A stretch of 64,000 nucleotides of DNA from a virus (taxonomy: Duplodnaviria > Caudoviricetes): the IMG/VR virus record IMGVR_UViG_2562617114_000001, positions 1 to 64,000 of that record; one strand, given 5' to 3'. Under the pieces are notes generated by a model, which did no database searches, was not told the origin of the DNA, and saw only the letters and a list, made by a program, of their open reading frames with translations. The position numbers and the translations under genes are program-made. The first letter of the stretch is position 1. Each line of letters opens with the position of its first letter. Of this stretch, positions 8,802 through 17,944 are shown one piece after another.

Positions 8802-9906
8802 ACTGGATTCCTCGATTGTAGGAGGGCATGACCGAGTGGTTGAGCCGAAGCGGCGCCTTGGGCGGGGGCGTCCAGAGCTGAGCCGGACCCCACTGGTTCA
8901 TGTAGGAGTGGTAAACTTCGACCGTGTCGGCCACGATGTTGCGAGCGTGCTCGAACATCCTGTCGGCGGTGTCGATCGAGAGGGTGACCGGGATCATCCC
9001 GGAGTCCTTGCGGATCATTACCCAAACCCACTCGACGCCGTCGCCCTCGAGTAAGCTCTTGATGAAACCATCGCGAGGAGCGTCACCGTAGACGGCGCCG
9101 TAGGCGAGGAGCTTCTTCGCTTCTTGGAAGAGCTCCATATATGCCGCGACCTGGATGTCGTAGCACATGTCGTAGACCTTAAAGATGCCGGCTTGCTCGT
9201 GCGTTCCGCCCTTGTAGGTGTCGAATGATTTGAGGTCGACGATCAATGACTTGACGCGATCGCCGGCCGGCGGGATGGCGTAGTCGAGACGGCACTTGCG
9301 CCGGACGCCGTTGATGGTGACGATGATGGACAGCTCGGCCGCACCACTGATGAGCGAGCCGGCGACCATGACAGACGCGAGGGTAGGATCGCGCGTCATA
9401 TTAGCGACAGCATCCTCAATCTCCTGCACCTGTCGGTCGTCGAGGGTTTCGTGGTCCGGATGGTCGAAATACCAGCGGGCAAGGATTTCGTCGAAGAACG
9501 GCGGGCATTCGTCCAACTCTCGAGCTCGGGCCATCAGCTCCGGCTTGTTGCCGGTGAGCTTCTGCCCGTGCATGCGGAGGAACTCCTTGATCTGGTCAGT
9601 GGTGTTGAGTGCGTCCGGGTAGTCGCTCGGTACCGGCGGATTGGCATAACGCTCTTCGAACGCCGCCTTGCCCTCGAGCACGCGGCAATGCCACGCGCGG
9701 CCCCAGGTCAGATATTTCGGATCGCTCTTGCGCGGGCGGAGCCGGTCGTACTGCCACTTGCAGGGATCTTTCGCCAGCTGCATGAACGAGGTCGAGCCGA
9801 TCGCCGTGTCGGCGTGGTAGATCTCCTCCGGAAGGCCGAAGTAGATGCCGTCCGGCAACTGGTAGCGGCCGTCGGCGTCTGGCTTGAAATCGAGGTAGGT
9901 TTTCAC
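8779..9906 (-). CDS. RecE/ExoVIII-like PD-(D/E)XK exonuclease
   Basis: YHADTAIGSTSF, WGRAWHCRVLE, RKCRLDY..DLKS, YDIQVAAY; GTG start after AAGGAGG; adjacent to recT. Confidence 0.85.
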   Translation of the reverse strand: MKTYLDFKPDADGRYQLPDGIYFGLPEEIYHADTAIGSTSFMQLAKDPCKWQYDRLRPRKSDPKYLTWGRAWHCRVLEGKAAFEERYANPPVPSDYPDALNTTDQIKEFLRMHGQKLTGNKPELMARARELDECPPFFDEILARWYFDHPDHETLDDRQVQEIEDAVANMTRDPTLASVMVAGSLISGAAELSIIVTINGVRRKCRLDYAIPPAGDRVKSLIVDLKSFDTYKGGTHEQAGIFKVYDMCYDIQVAAYMELFQEAKKLLAYGAVYGDAPRDGFIKSLLEGDGVEWVWVMIRKDSGMIPVTLSIDTADRMFEHARNIVADTVEVYHSYMNQWGPAQLWTPPPKAPLRLNHSVMPSYNRGIQYEQPNNR

Positions 9907-10409
9907 AGGCCACCCTCCTTCGTCGTCACCCGGTACCGGATGATATCGCTGTTGAAATTCGAGTCGTCGGGATTGGAGTGCTTCCACCAGAGCCGCTGAA
10001 CTCGAGCTTTGTCGGTGCGGCCGTCACGCGTCTGGATCTCGACGAGCGTATTGTCAGGAAGTTCCGGCTTCTCGCGATCGCCGGACCAAACGATAAAAGC
10101 CTCGTTTTCGAAGATGCCTTCCTCAAGGGGAGGAATGACGACGTCTGGCAGAGCGCCGTCCATCATGTCGGCCAGCGCGCGAAGCATGCGTGCTGACTTC
10201 TCGGCATCGCCGTGGAAGGAGCTGACGCGGGCGTGAAACTGATAGGCAGCGTCGACCTTGATCTCTGTGCCAACCTTGATGTCCCGGCCGCCGTTGAGCC
10301 GGGTCCATGCCTCGTCATAGGAGCTGGTGAAACCGGCCGCCTTGATGATCTCTTCCTGAGAGATCTCGACAACGAACCTCTCGCGGCCGGCTGCTGCGAT
10401 GATCTTCAT
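9903..10409 (-). CDS. Hypothetical phage protein
   Basis: 168 aa, coupled at both ends. Confidence 0.7.
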   Translation of the reverse strand: MKIIAAAGRERFVVEISQEEIIKAAGFTSSYDEAWTRLNGGRDIKVGTEIKVDAAYQFHARVSSFHGDAEKSARMLRALADMMDGALPDVVIPPLEEGIFENEAFIVWSGDREKPELPDNTLVEIQTRDGRTDKARVQRLWWKHSNPDDSNFNSDIIRYRVTTKEGGL

Positions 10410-10825
10410 GCGACACCGCCTTTAAGCAGGGTCACGCCGTCGACAAACCGCGAATCCCACATAGCTCGGAAATCCGTGTCGGGGCTCAAGGTGCCGGCGG
10501 AGATAGCCTCGAGGAGCTCGACAACGCGGGATTCGGCAGCCTCGTCGCTCTCCGCCTTGAACTGGTATCCGTGGTTGGCAGGCTCCAGTCTGTGCACGGG
10601 AGGCTCAACCGGATGGGCAGGGTCGAGCGCGAACACCAGGAGCTCGTGCGTCATCCCCTCTTTGTAGAGTGTGGGAGCCTGCTGGCCCGGGAGATCGGTC
10701 GTAAGGTCGTAGAGGAACACGACGTAGCAATCCCAAAGAGGGTGCGCCCAAGCCGCCTCGACGATCCACGTCTTGTTGAATGCGCCGGTGGCCGGCGCTG
10801 CGGGAATATGTTCGCGGAATGTCAT
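10406..10825 (-). CDS. Hypothetical protein
   Basis: 139 aa, ATGA-coupled. Confidence 0.7.
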   Translation of the reverse strand: MTFREHIPAAPATGAFNKTWIVEAAWAHPLWDCYVVFLYDLTTDLPGQQAPTLYKEGMTHELLVFALDPAHPVEPPVHRLEPANHGYQFKAESDEAAESRVVELLEAISAGTLSPDTDFRAMWDSRFVDGVTLLKGGVA

Positions 10826-12105
10826 TCGGCTGCCTCCAGCTGAGCGCCGGCAACACGACCGTCCTCGATGACGATCGCGGTATCGCGAGGCGACTGCACG
10901 GACTCGAGCCAGATCTGCATGTCCTGCTCTTCCGCGTAGGTAGCGAGCAGCTTCATCGAGTCGGTGTCGAGCAGCGAGCCGTCACGCACTCGGATGACGC
11001 GGAGCTTCGGGTTCATGGCGCCGGCAACAGCGACAGACACGCGAAGCTGCTCGGCGTCGCTCGCCTGATCGAAAGGCTGGCCGTTGACAAGGATCGAGTC
11101 ATCGGTCAGCTCAAGGCCGCCGACAGGGAGCTCCGCGCGCCTGACCGCCCTGGAGGCCGCTTCCTTGCGGTCGTCGATGGCTTTGGTGTAGGCGGCGCTC
11201 TTCTCCTCGGCTGCCTTCAATTCGTTCTGCAGCGTCGCGCGCTGCTGCTTGCGGTCCACGTAGCGGTTGGTCTCTTCCGCCTTGGTGATCTGCTGGCGGA
11301 TGGTCTCGATGTCGACCTTCTCGCCGCTCGTGTCGATGCCATCGACTTCATCGCGCAGTTCCTCAATCGCCAGCTCGTCCGCAATGATGGCGGCTTGCAG
11401 AGTTTTGATCTGTGCCTTGCGGGTGGCGTTGATCGAGTCGAGGGACTGGATGCGCTGATCGATGTTCTGCCGTTTGGTGATGGCGGCATCGATCTTGCTA
11501 TTGTGATCCATCGCCCTGGAGAGCTCGCCCATTAGGGATTCGGCGCTGATCCGCTGGTCGGGGGTGTCCTCCGGCACGGCAATGGCGTCGATGCGGGCCT
11601 TCAGATCGCGAACGGTGCGGTTGACGTCGGTCCGGGCCTCGAAGTCCGCCTTGTTTTTGGCTTCGGCATCGGCGAAGTCATAGTCCTTCACCAGCGCCCG
11701 CAGCGCCACCACCTGCTCCTGTGGCTTCATACGAGCGAAGGCGAGGGGGTCGAAGGTAAGGTCGCCGATGAAGGTCTCGAGCAGCTTGACCGGGCTGTCC
11801 GCCTTGAAGCCATCCTTGTTCTTCACCGTCAGGGCGATGGTGACGTCGCCGTCTGGCTTCCGCTTGAAGGTCTTGGTGACGATGTAGTCGCCAAGGTCGA
11901 TCTCGACGAACCCCTTCTCGGCACCTTCGCGGATTGGGCTCGACTGCACCACCTTGTTGGAGTCGAGCGCCCACCAGATCGCGTCTAGGATTGACGTCTT
12001 GCCCTGGCCGTTCTTGCCCGTGATCTCAACAAGATTGCCATCTGGTCGGATCTCGACGGCAACCAGCCGCTTAATATTTTCTGCCTGCAATGAAACGATC
12101 TTCAC
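10822..12105 (-). CDS. SMC/Rad50-like ABC ATPase with coiled coil
   Basis: GKNGQGKTS Walker A, long coiled coil, ASDAEQ signature, VRDGSLLD Walker B region. Confidence 0.88.
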   Translation of the reverse strand: MKIVSLQAENIKRLVAVEIRPDGNLVEITGKNGQGKTSILDAIWWALDSNKVVQSSPIREGAEKGFVEIDLGDYIVTKTFKRKPDGDVTIALTVKNKDGFKADSPVKLLETFIGDLTFDPLAFARMKPQEQVVALRALVKDYDFADAEAKNKADFEARTDVNRTVRDLKARIDAIAVPEDTPDQRISAESLMGELSRAMDHNSKIDAAITKRQNIDQRIQSLDSINATRKAQIKTLQAAIIADELAIEELRDEVDGIDTSGEKVDIETIRQQITKAEETNRYVDRKQQRATLQNELKAAEEKSAAYTKAIDDRKEAASRAVRRAELPVGGLELTDDSILVNGQPFDQASDAEQLRVSVAVAGAMNPKLRVIRVRDGSLLDTDSMKLLATYAEEQDMQIWLESVQSPRDTAIVIEDGRVAGAQLEAAE

Positions 12106-12108
12106 GAC

Positions 12109-12327
12109 TTAATCCTCAGTTGGATGATCTTCTGCTCTTGCTTCCGCGATGAAATTTTCGCGGACTTTCTCTGGCAATCGCCGCCATCGGCGGGCGCATG
12201 CCTGCTCCGGGGTCTCCGGGATCTGTTTGCCGTTGAGATTGAGCACCAGGCAGGAGCCAACCCCGAAGGCGATGAAGCGTTGGTAGATTTCGAAAGCGCG
12301 GCCTTCGATCAGCTCGTGGTCGGTCAA
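12109..12327 (-). CDS. Hypothetical protein
   Basis: TTG start overlapping stop of upstream ORF; MTDHELIEGRAFEIY. Confidence 0.55.
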   Translation of the reverse strand: MTDHELIEGRAFEIYQRFIAFGVGSCLVLNLNGKQIPETPEQACARRWRRLPEKVRENFIAEARAEDHPTED

Positions 12328-12494
12328 AGATCCACCCCATGCGCTCGTGCGAGGCACTGAACGCGGGACGATTCGATGAGCTCTTTCTGCCCGGCGGACA
12401 GCTGTTCGCCGCGGTGCCACGCCTTGATGGCCTCAACCGTGGCGGAGCGAACGTCGGAGGCTTTCGCCAATGCAGATTGTATTGAGTGAATCAT
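12324..12494 (-). CDS. First gene of leftward operon, 56 aa (not in ORF track)
   Basis: Own translation MIHSIQSALAKASDVRSATVEAIKAWHRGEQLSAGQKELIESSRVQCLARAHGVDL. Confidence 0.5.
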   Translation of the reverse strand: MIHSIQSALAKASDVRSATVEAIKAWHRGEQLSAGQKELIESSRVQCLARAHGVDL

Positions 12495-12537
12495 GGGATC
12501 CGCGAAACTGCCGTTATCTACGTATCGAATGAACTAG

Positions 12538-12593
12538 ATAATACGCATCGTATCGTAGGTGTCAACGGTGCGGTAAATTAATTCGCAACGTAT
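12538..12593 (-). promoter_or_regulatory. PL-like leftward promoter with two operators
   Basis: Minus strand TTGACA-N16-TATTAT; operators ATACG-CAT-CGTAT (12541-53) and ATTCG-CAA-CGTAT (12581-93). Confidence 0.7.
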
Positions 12594-12619
12594 TGACTGT
12601 CGGCATGAGCGGGGAGCAT

Positions 12620-12662
12620 AAAAGAGAAAAGCCCCGCACCTCTTTGCAGGAGGTCGGGGCTG
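12620..12662 (-). terminator. Intrinsic terminator
   Basis: GCCCCG-ACCTC..GAGGT-GCGGGGC followed by TTTTCTCTTTT on minus strand. Confidence 0.75.
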
Positions 12663-13190
12663 AGACTGGAAGGCAAATTCGTTTCGCGGCGAAGATCTCC
12701 AGTAGCGCTGAATATACATACACAACGTATTATTTCAAGCTACTCGTCCTCGCTTTGTTCCAAATCCTGTCCAGTTTGCATCATGTGAATGACGCGAACC
12801 GGTTCGCCCATGATGTAGATCCGAGCAAGAACGGGATTTGATCTGGCTCAAGGGGTTTCTGGCGGCGAAAGCTGGCAGCCTGCCCTGATCAACGGAGACG
12901 TCTCCGAAAAAGAGGCTGATATGGTGGGGCGGACGAGCACGCTGCCATCTGTGGGATAAGCGGTGGTCGGCTCGGTCGGGCAGATACTCCTTCCACTCCA
13001 GGGAACACGCTTCTACTCGGAGCGTGGTTCTTGGTTTGTGGGCATCACAGTGATCTCTCAATCGAGCAGGGGAAAGAAATTCAAGACTTCATGAAGGGTA
13101 GAGAAGGTATTGATAGACCCCATGAGCTCTTAACGTTTACGCTCTGTGGTTGTCTCAAGCGGTCGATTCAGAAAAACGCGGACTCCGAAA

Positions 13191-13928
13191 TCAAATCGAG
13201 CGCCCGAACCACATGACCCGGCCCGCAACATTGAGCAGATCGACTTCGCCTGAAGTGACTTCTTCCGCGGGGTACTTAGGGTTGTCGCTTATCAGTTGAA
13301 GGGAGCCATTCATCCTCCCGTGAATTCGCTTCACCAGAACCATGTCCCCGTAAATCACGACATAGATGGCGTTGTCCTTGACCCGGTTTATCGAGGTGTC
13401 GACGAGCAAGACGTCACCGTCTCGAATTGTCTCCTCCATGCTATCACCGCGGGCGCTGAGGATGCGAGCGGCCGACGGATTGACGCCTTTCGCGCGCAGC
13501 CAGTGAGATTGGAAAGCGAGATATTCCAGCGGATCTTCGCCATACGGAACCAACCCGTTCCCCGCTGATGCCTGGACATCAAGACGCGGAATCAATGCGA
13601 ATTCCTGGGAGCCCCCGACTTCCGTCTGGAAATAGAAGACGTCGCCGTCGGCTTTACCTTGGACGATCGCCGTCACTTCGGACTCGGCGCCGATTGAAGT
13701 CGCTTTATACGCGTCGTCGGGAGTCCCGAACATCAACCAAGCGGGGTCTACATTAAAATGCTGGGCGTATTTGATCGCGGCAAGGCGATCGAATTCGCGC
13801 GTACCATTTTCATGCGCTGTGTAGGTGACAATCTTCGTATTGATCCGACGCGCGGCATCCGATGCGGTCTTATCACCTGCTTTTGCCCGGGCAAAACGTA
13901 GCCGAGCGTGCGGAGTATCCAACTTCAT
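13191..13928 (-). CDS. cI: CI-like repressor (HTH + S24 peptidase)
   Basis: N-terminal HTH; ARGDSMEETIRDGD and VLVKRI Ser/Lys dyad; divergent from cro-like gene. Confidence 0.93.
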   Translation of the reverse strand: MKLDTPHARLRFARAKAGDKTASDAARRINTKIVTYTAHENGTREFDRLAAIKYAQHFNVDPAWLMFGTPDDAYKATSIGAESEVTAIVQGKADGDVFYFQTEVGGSQEFALIPRLDVQASAGNGLVPYGEDPLEYLAFQSHWLRAKGVNPSAARILSARGDSMEETIRDGDVLLVDTSINRVKDNAIYVVIYGDMVLVKRIHGRMNGSLQLISDNPKYPAEEVTSGEVDLLNVAGRVMWFGRSI

Positions 13929-13959
13929 ACTCTCTGAAACTCCTCTTTTGTGTGGCTTC

Positions 13960-14000
13960 ATACGTTTCGTATTGACCGCATAAAAATGCGTTCCGTATAT
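13960..14000 (+). promoter_or_regulatory. PR-like promoter with operators
   Basis: TTGACC-N17-GTATAT; operators ATACG-TTT-CGTAT (13960-72) and ATGCG-TTC-CGTAT (13986-98). Confidence 0.75.
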
Positions 14001-14029
14001 ATTACCTCAAATTGGAGACGTAAAGCCAG

Positions 14030-14311
14030 ATGGAAGCCAAAGAACTTGCGGTAAAAGAAAACGGCTACGAGGCCAAGCTCACCGGGGACCAGGTGCGGTT
14101 CATCCGCACGATGCTCGGAGAGAGCCAAGCGACCTTCGCAATGCGCTTCGCAGTTCAGCAGCCGGTCATCTTCCGGTTGGAGAAAAAGCGGACGGTCGAG
14201 CAGGGCCCGATCATCATCCTCATCGACATGCTGGCGAAGCAGTTCAGCATCGAGGTGCCGGAGAAGCCCATCCGCCGGCCAGATCCAGAGCCGGCCGCGG
14301 CGGCTGAATGA
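14030..14311 (+). CDS. Cro-like HTH protein
   Basis: LTGDQVRFIRTMLGESQATFAMRFAVQQPVIFRLE; divergent from cI. Confidence 0.8.
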   Translation: MEAKELAVKENGYEAKLTGDQVRFIRTMLGESQATFAMRFAVQQPVIFRLEKKRTVEQGPIIILIDMLAKQFSIEVPEKPIRRPDPEPAAAAE

Positions 14312-14321
14312 GGCGGTCGCG

Positions 14322-14660
14322 ATGGGGGCGGTACGAGGGAAAGGTTGGACGAGGGAGCGGGACGGCATCCTTCGTGATCTGGCAGCGAAGGAATTATCCG
14401 CGCGCCAGATAGCATCGAAGATGGGGCTCAGTAACGTCCTCGTTTCGAAGCGCATCAAGAAATTGGGCTTGCGTGAGGTGACTGAACCCAAGGCGCCACC
14501 CCAGCCCAACCACATCATCGATTACAAGCGAGCGCGCCGAGGCTTCCATGTGCCGGCTCATCTCGAGAACCAATACTTCGAACTGATCAGGTCCGGAGTG
14601 TCCATCGCCGAGGCATGCCGGCGGCTGGAAATCAACGTGCATGCGCCAGCACAGAGGTGA
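14322..14660 (+). CDS. GcrA-like HTH protein
   Basis: WTRERDGILRDLAAKELSARQIASKMG...KRIKKLGL resembles the GcrA N-terminal domain. Confidence 0.65.
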   Translation: MGAVRGKGWTRERDGILRDLAAKELSARQIASKMGLSNVLVSKRIKKLGLREVTEPKAPPQPNHIIDYKRARRGFHVPAHLENQYFELIRSGVSIAEACRRLEINVHAPAQR

Positions 14661-14663
14661 GAG

Positions 14664-15152
14664 ATGATGAGTAAGGACCACAATCAGAAAACAGAACAGG
14701 AGCTCCACGAAGAGCGCGTGTTCCTGAACGCGTACACGGATCTGAAGGGCCACAAGTCCGACATGGCGAGCACGAAGGGCGACATGGGCGCCATCTACAA
14801 GCGCCTGAAGGATCTCGGCTGGTCGAAGGCCGATGTCGAGTTCGCCTTCACGCTCGAAGACAAGGATGTCGGCAAGGTCGTCGCCGAGTTCGAGCGCCGC
14901 ATCCGCATCGCAAAGATGTTCGGCCACCAGGTCGGCCGGCAGATCGATCTCCTCGACAAGGATCGGACGCCGCAGGACGAGCGCGCCTACGAGGAAGGCC
15001 TCGCGGCCGGCAAGCTGCGCAAGAGCGCAAGCAATCCGTACCAGCCTGGTTCGGAAGAGTTTCAGCGTTGGCAGGACGGCATGAACGAAGGCACCGCCTG
15101 GATCAATGCCGAAACTGACAAGGCCGTCAACGGCGAGCAGGCGCCGGACTGA
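14664..15152 (+). CDS. GapR(DUF2312)-like protein with RMF-like C-terminal motif
   Basis: DMGAIYKRLKDLGWSK..; C-terminal AYEEGLAAG....NPY.......W.DG. Confidence 0.5.
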   Translation: MMSKDHNQKTEQELHEERVFLNAYTDLKGHKSDMASTKGDMGAIYKRLKDLGWSKADVEFAFTLEDKDVGKVVAEFERRIRIAKMFGHQVGRQIDLLDKDRTPQDERAYEEGLAAGKLRKSASNPYQPGSEEFQRWQDGMNEGTAWINAETDKAVNGEQAPD

Positions 15153-15210
15153 TACCACCTGCAGACTACCGACGACCCCCGGCAACAATGCCACAAGATG
15201 GAGAAGACCA

Positions 15211-15396
15211 ATGGAAAAGACGTTTCAGTTCGAGCTCGACGACAAGGTGAAGCTCGAGCTCAGCAACGAGACCGGCATGGTCATCGGCCGCGCTGAATTC
15301 ACGACCAAAGACCCCCAATACCTCGTTCGTTACAAGGCTGCCGACGGTCGCCTGGTCGAAGCATGGTGGGATGAGGACGCGATCCTCGCGGCCTGA
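15211..15396 (+). CDS. Hypothetical small beta protein
   Basis: FQFELDDKVKL..GMVIGRAEF..QYLVRYKAADGR..EAWW. Confidence 0.7.
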   Translation: MEKTFQFELDDKVKLELSNETGMVIGRAEFTTKDPQYLVRYKAADGRLVEAWWDEDAILAA

Positions 15397-15404
15397 CCCG
15401 TGTC

Positions 15405-15785
15405 ATGGCCTACCGCCTCTCACGCTACCAGCAAGCAAGGCTGGATGCCGCATTCGCACGGGCTGATCGCGAGTCGGCGCTGAGGAAGCAGGACGGGCGC
15501 TGCAAGTACTGCCTCTGCAAACTCAACTACAAAAACGTCACCCGGGATCACGTCGTTGCCCGGGCGACAGGTGGCCTAGACCACCGAAACAACATCGTCG
15601 CGGCCTGTGTCCGGTGCAACCGGCTCAAGGGGTCGATGTCGGTCAAGCTGTTCTTGCGTCTGATCACTCACCCGCTTCCAGGCGAGCACATGGTCTACCG
15701 GATGATCTGGTTCGACCGCCGGCTCAACATCGCGCTCGATGAAATGGAAAAGAACGTGTTCCGCGCTGTGGGGATCAAACAATAA
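15405..15785 (+). CDS. HNH endonuclease
   Basis: CKYC...TRDHVVAR..GG.DHRNNIVAACVRCN. Confidence 0.9.
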   Translation: MAYRLSRYQQARLDAAFARADRESALRKQDGRCKYCLCKLNYKNVTRDHVVARATGGLDHRNNIVAACVRCNRLKGSMSVKLFLRLITHPLPGEHMVYRMIWFDRRLNIALDEMEKNVFRAVGIKQ

Positions 15786-16384
15786 TGCGACTGCTTGCTT
15801 ACGGAGGTCTGGCTAACTGGCCGTTCGGCGATCTGATGCCGGGCAGCTTTGATTTCATGATGGTGGACTATCCGTGGCAGCAGGAGATGTACTCCAAGCG
15901 CGGTGAGAAGAAGGCGCCGCAGGGCAAATACAAAACCATGACGGTCGAGGAAGGCCTTTCCCTTCCAGTCATGGACCTTGCGGCGCCTAACACCGTCATG
16001 TGGATGTGGGCCATCAACCCAATGCTCGATCAGGCCTTCATCCTCATGAAGGGGTGGGGCTTCGAGTTCAAGACCGCCGGCACCTGGCTGAAGACCACGA
16101 AGCACGGGAAGATCCATTTCGGTACCGGCTATATCCTTCGCGGCAGCAACGAACCGTTTCTGATCGGGACGCGTGGCAACCCGAAGACGTCGAAGAGCGT
16201 CCGCTCCGGCTTCACCGGATTGGCACGTCGTCATTCTGAAAAGCCTGAAGAGGCATTCGTTGCAGCTGAAAAGCTGATGCCGAACGCCAACCGCCTCGAG
16301 CTGTTCAGCCGCACCGATCGGCCGGGCTGGCAGTCGTGGGGTGACGAAGCTGGCAAGTTCAACCCGCTCGAGGTGGCGGCATGA
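15785..16384 (+). CDS. MT-A70 family adenine methyltransferase
   Basis: DYPW (DPPW variant), LAAPNTVMWMW, GWGFEFKT..W.K, HSEKPEE, LELFSR. Confidence 0.9.
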   Translation: MRLLAYGGLANWPFGDLMPGSFDFMMVDYPWQQEMYSKRGEKKAPQGKYKTMTVEEGLSLPVMDLAAPNTVMWMWAINPMLDQAFILMKGWGFEFKTAGTWLKTTKHGKIHFGTGYILRGSNEPFLIGTRGNPKTSKSVRSGFTGLARRHSEKPEEAFVAAEKLMPNANRLELFSRTDRPGWQSWGDEAGKFNPLEVAA

Positions 16385-17025
16385 AGAACGCGGCCATCTT
16401 CCTCTGCGACACGACCGGCATCATGGCCCGGCCATGGGCCGAGGCCGGCGTCGAATGCTACTGCGTCGATATCCAGAACGGGTTCAAGCGCAGCAAGGCG
16501 ATCGGCAACCTCCATTTCGTGTGGGGTGATGTCCGCAGCTGGACGCCGCCGCGCCGCAAGATCCTGTTTGTCGCGGCCTTCCCGCCGTGCACGCACGTTG
16601 CCAACAGCGGCAGCCAGCATTTCGAGCAGAAGGGCGGGGTAATGCTGCGCGATGCGCTCGAGGTGTTCGAGGCGTGCCGCATGGCGGCCGCGTGGTCGGG
16701 CGCTCCCTACTGCATTGAGAACCCGAAGGGGTTCCTGTCGAACGTGCCGCACATCGGCAAGCCCGACTACATGTTCCACCCTTGGCAATTCGCCGGGTAC
16801 CACAGCGCCGATCATTACACCAAGGAAACGCATCTCTGGACCGGCAATGGTTTCGTCATGCCGCTTCACCGGCCTTACTACGAGAACGCGACGCCTCCGG
16901 ACAATCGCATCCACATGGCCGCCGGCTCCGGTTTCCGCGGCGATGCCCGAAGCAAGACGCCGATCGGCTTCTCCCGTGCCGTGTTCGACGCCAACGCGCC
17001 AGCATCAATCAGGAGAGCAGCATGA
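16381..17025 (+). CDS. Phage Dcm-like cytosine methyltransferase
   Basis: AFPPCT catalytic PC, IENP motif, YTKETHLW. Confidence 0.8.
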   Translation: MKNAAIFLCDTTGIMARPWAEAGVECYCVDIQNGFKRSKAIGNLHFVWGDVRSWTPPRRKILFVAAFPPCTHVANSGSQHFEQKGGVMLRDALEVFEACRMAAAWSGAPYCIENPKGFLSNVPHIGKPDYMFHPWQFAGYHSADHYTKETHLWTGNGFVMPLHRPYYENATPPDNRIHMAAGSGFRGDARSKTPIGFSRAVFDANAPASIRRAA

Positions 17026-17621
17026 ATTACGATCCCAAGGGCGCTCCCGGTTCATATTTCGTCTTCGATCCAGGTCGGACCACGGGCTTCGCTTACTGCC
17101 TCGCCGGTGGCGAGCGGATGCGAAGCGGCACCTGGCGCTTCAAGCAGGAGTCGCCGGGCGCGGCCTACGCCGAGTTCGTCGGATACCTGAAGCGCATGTT
17201 GACGGGGCTGCCTGACCCGCTGGTTGGCATCGAACTTATGACCGTCGTCGACCATGGCGAAAACGGGAAGTCAGCGATCGACGCTCAGCAGGTGATGTTC
17301 TCGTCAGGCTGGCCGACCCATGCGCAGACGCTTTGCCACACGATGGGCCTGCGCGAGCCGCAGCTGATCGCCATCTCGACCTGGCGTTCGAAAACTCATC
17401 GCAAGATGCGGGTGCCGGACAGCATGAAGAACTTCAAGCAGGCCGATAAGTCGAAGTGGTTGAAGCAGCAGGCCAAGGACTACTGCGACCGGCAGGGCTG
17501 GGGCTACAACTCAGAAGACGAGGCGGAAGCGCTCTGCATGCTCGACGCTCTGCGCATGATGCACGAGCCGTCATATGCCTTCGACAAGGGCGCGTCCTAC
17601 CAGCAGGAGTCGTTCCTGTGA
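17022..17621 (+). CDS. RuvC-like Holliday junction resolvase
   Basis: FDPGRTTGFA, IELM, WR, DEAEAL acidic motifs. Confidence 0.7.
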   Translation: MNYDPKGAPGSYFVFDPGRTTGFAYCLAGGERMRSGTWRFKQESPGAAYAEFVGYLKRMLTGLPDPLVGIELMTVVDHGENGKSAIDAQQVMFSSGWPTHAQTLCHTMGLREPQLIAISTWRSKTHRKMRVPDSMKNFKQADKSKWLKQQAKDYCDRQGWGYNSEDEAEALCMLDALRMMHEPSYAFDKGASYQQESFL

Positions 17622-17944
17622 CAGGTCGTATTCCGTGCATCAACCCCTGCTGCAAGCGCACGGCCTCGGCTGAGAAATACAGCTACGAGATCATTTGCGG
17701 GAAGTGCTTCCGCAATCTGCCAGTCGAGATGCGCAACACGCACCGCTTCTACTGGCGGCAGCTCCGCAAATGGGAGCGCCGCATCACCAAGACCACCGAC
17801 GAGCTCAAGCGCGAACGCATGAAGCCGATCTGCAACATGTGGTCGGACAAAATTACCCGCCATTGGGACGAGCAAATCAAGGCGACCTTCAGCAGCGAGA
17901 AGCCCGAAGGCATCGACGCCTTCCTCGAAGAAATGGGCCTGTAA
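17618..17944 (+). CDS. Zn-finger hypothetical protein
   Basis: GTGA overlap; PCINPCCKRT...ICGKC. Confidence 0.7.
   Translation: MTGRIPCINPCCKRTASAEKYSYEIICGKCFRNLPVEMRNTHRFYWRQLRKWERRITKTTDELKRERMKPICNMWSDKITRHWDEQIKATFSSEKPEGIDAFLEEMGL

Noticed and set aside
12735-13061. 108-aa ORF between cI and PL
   Set aside because: No RBS, Arg/Ser/His-rich composition typical of non-coding frames; other frames have several stops.
15405-17025. Restriction-modification system (HNH plus two methylases)
   Set aside because: The HNH is a small stand-alone phage type, and this is the usual nin-like position for orphan methylases.
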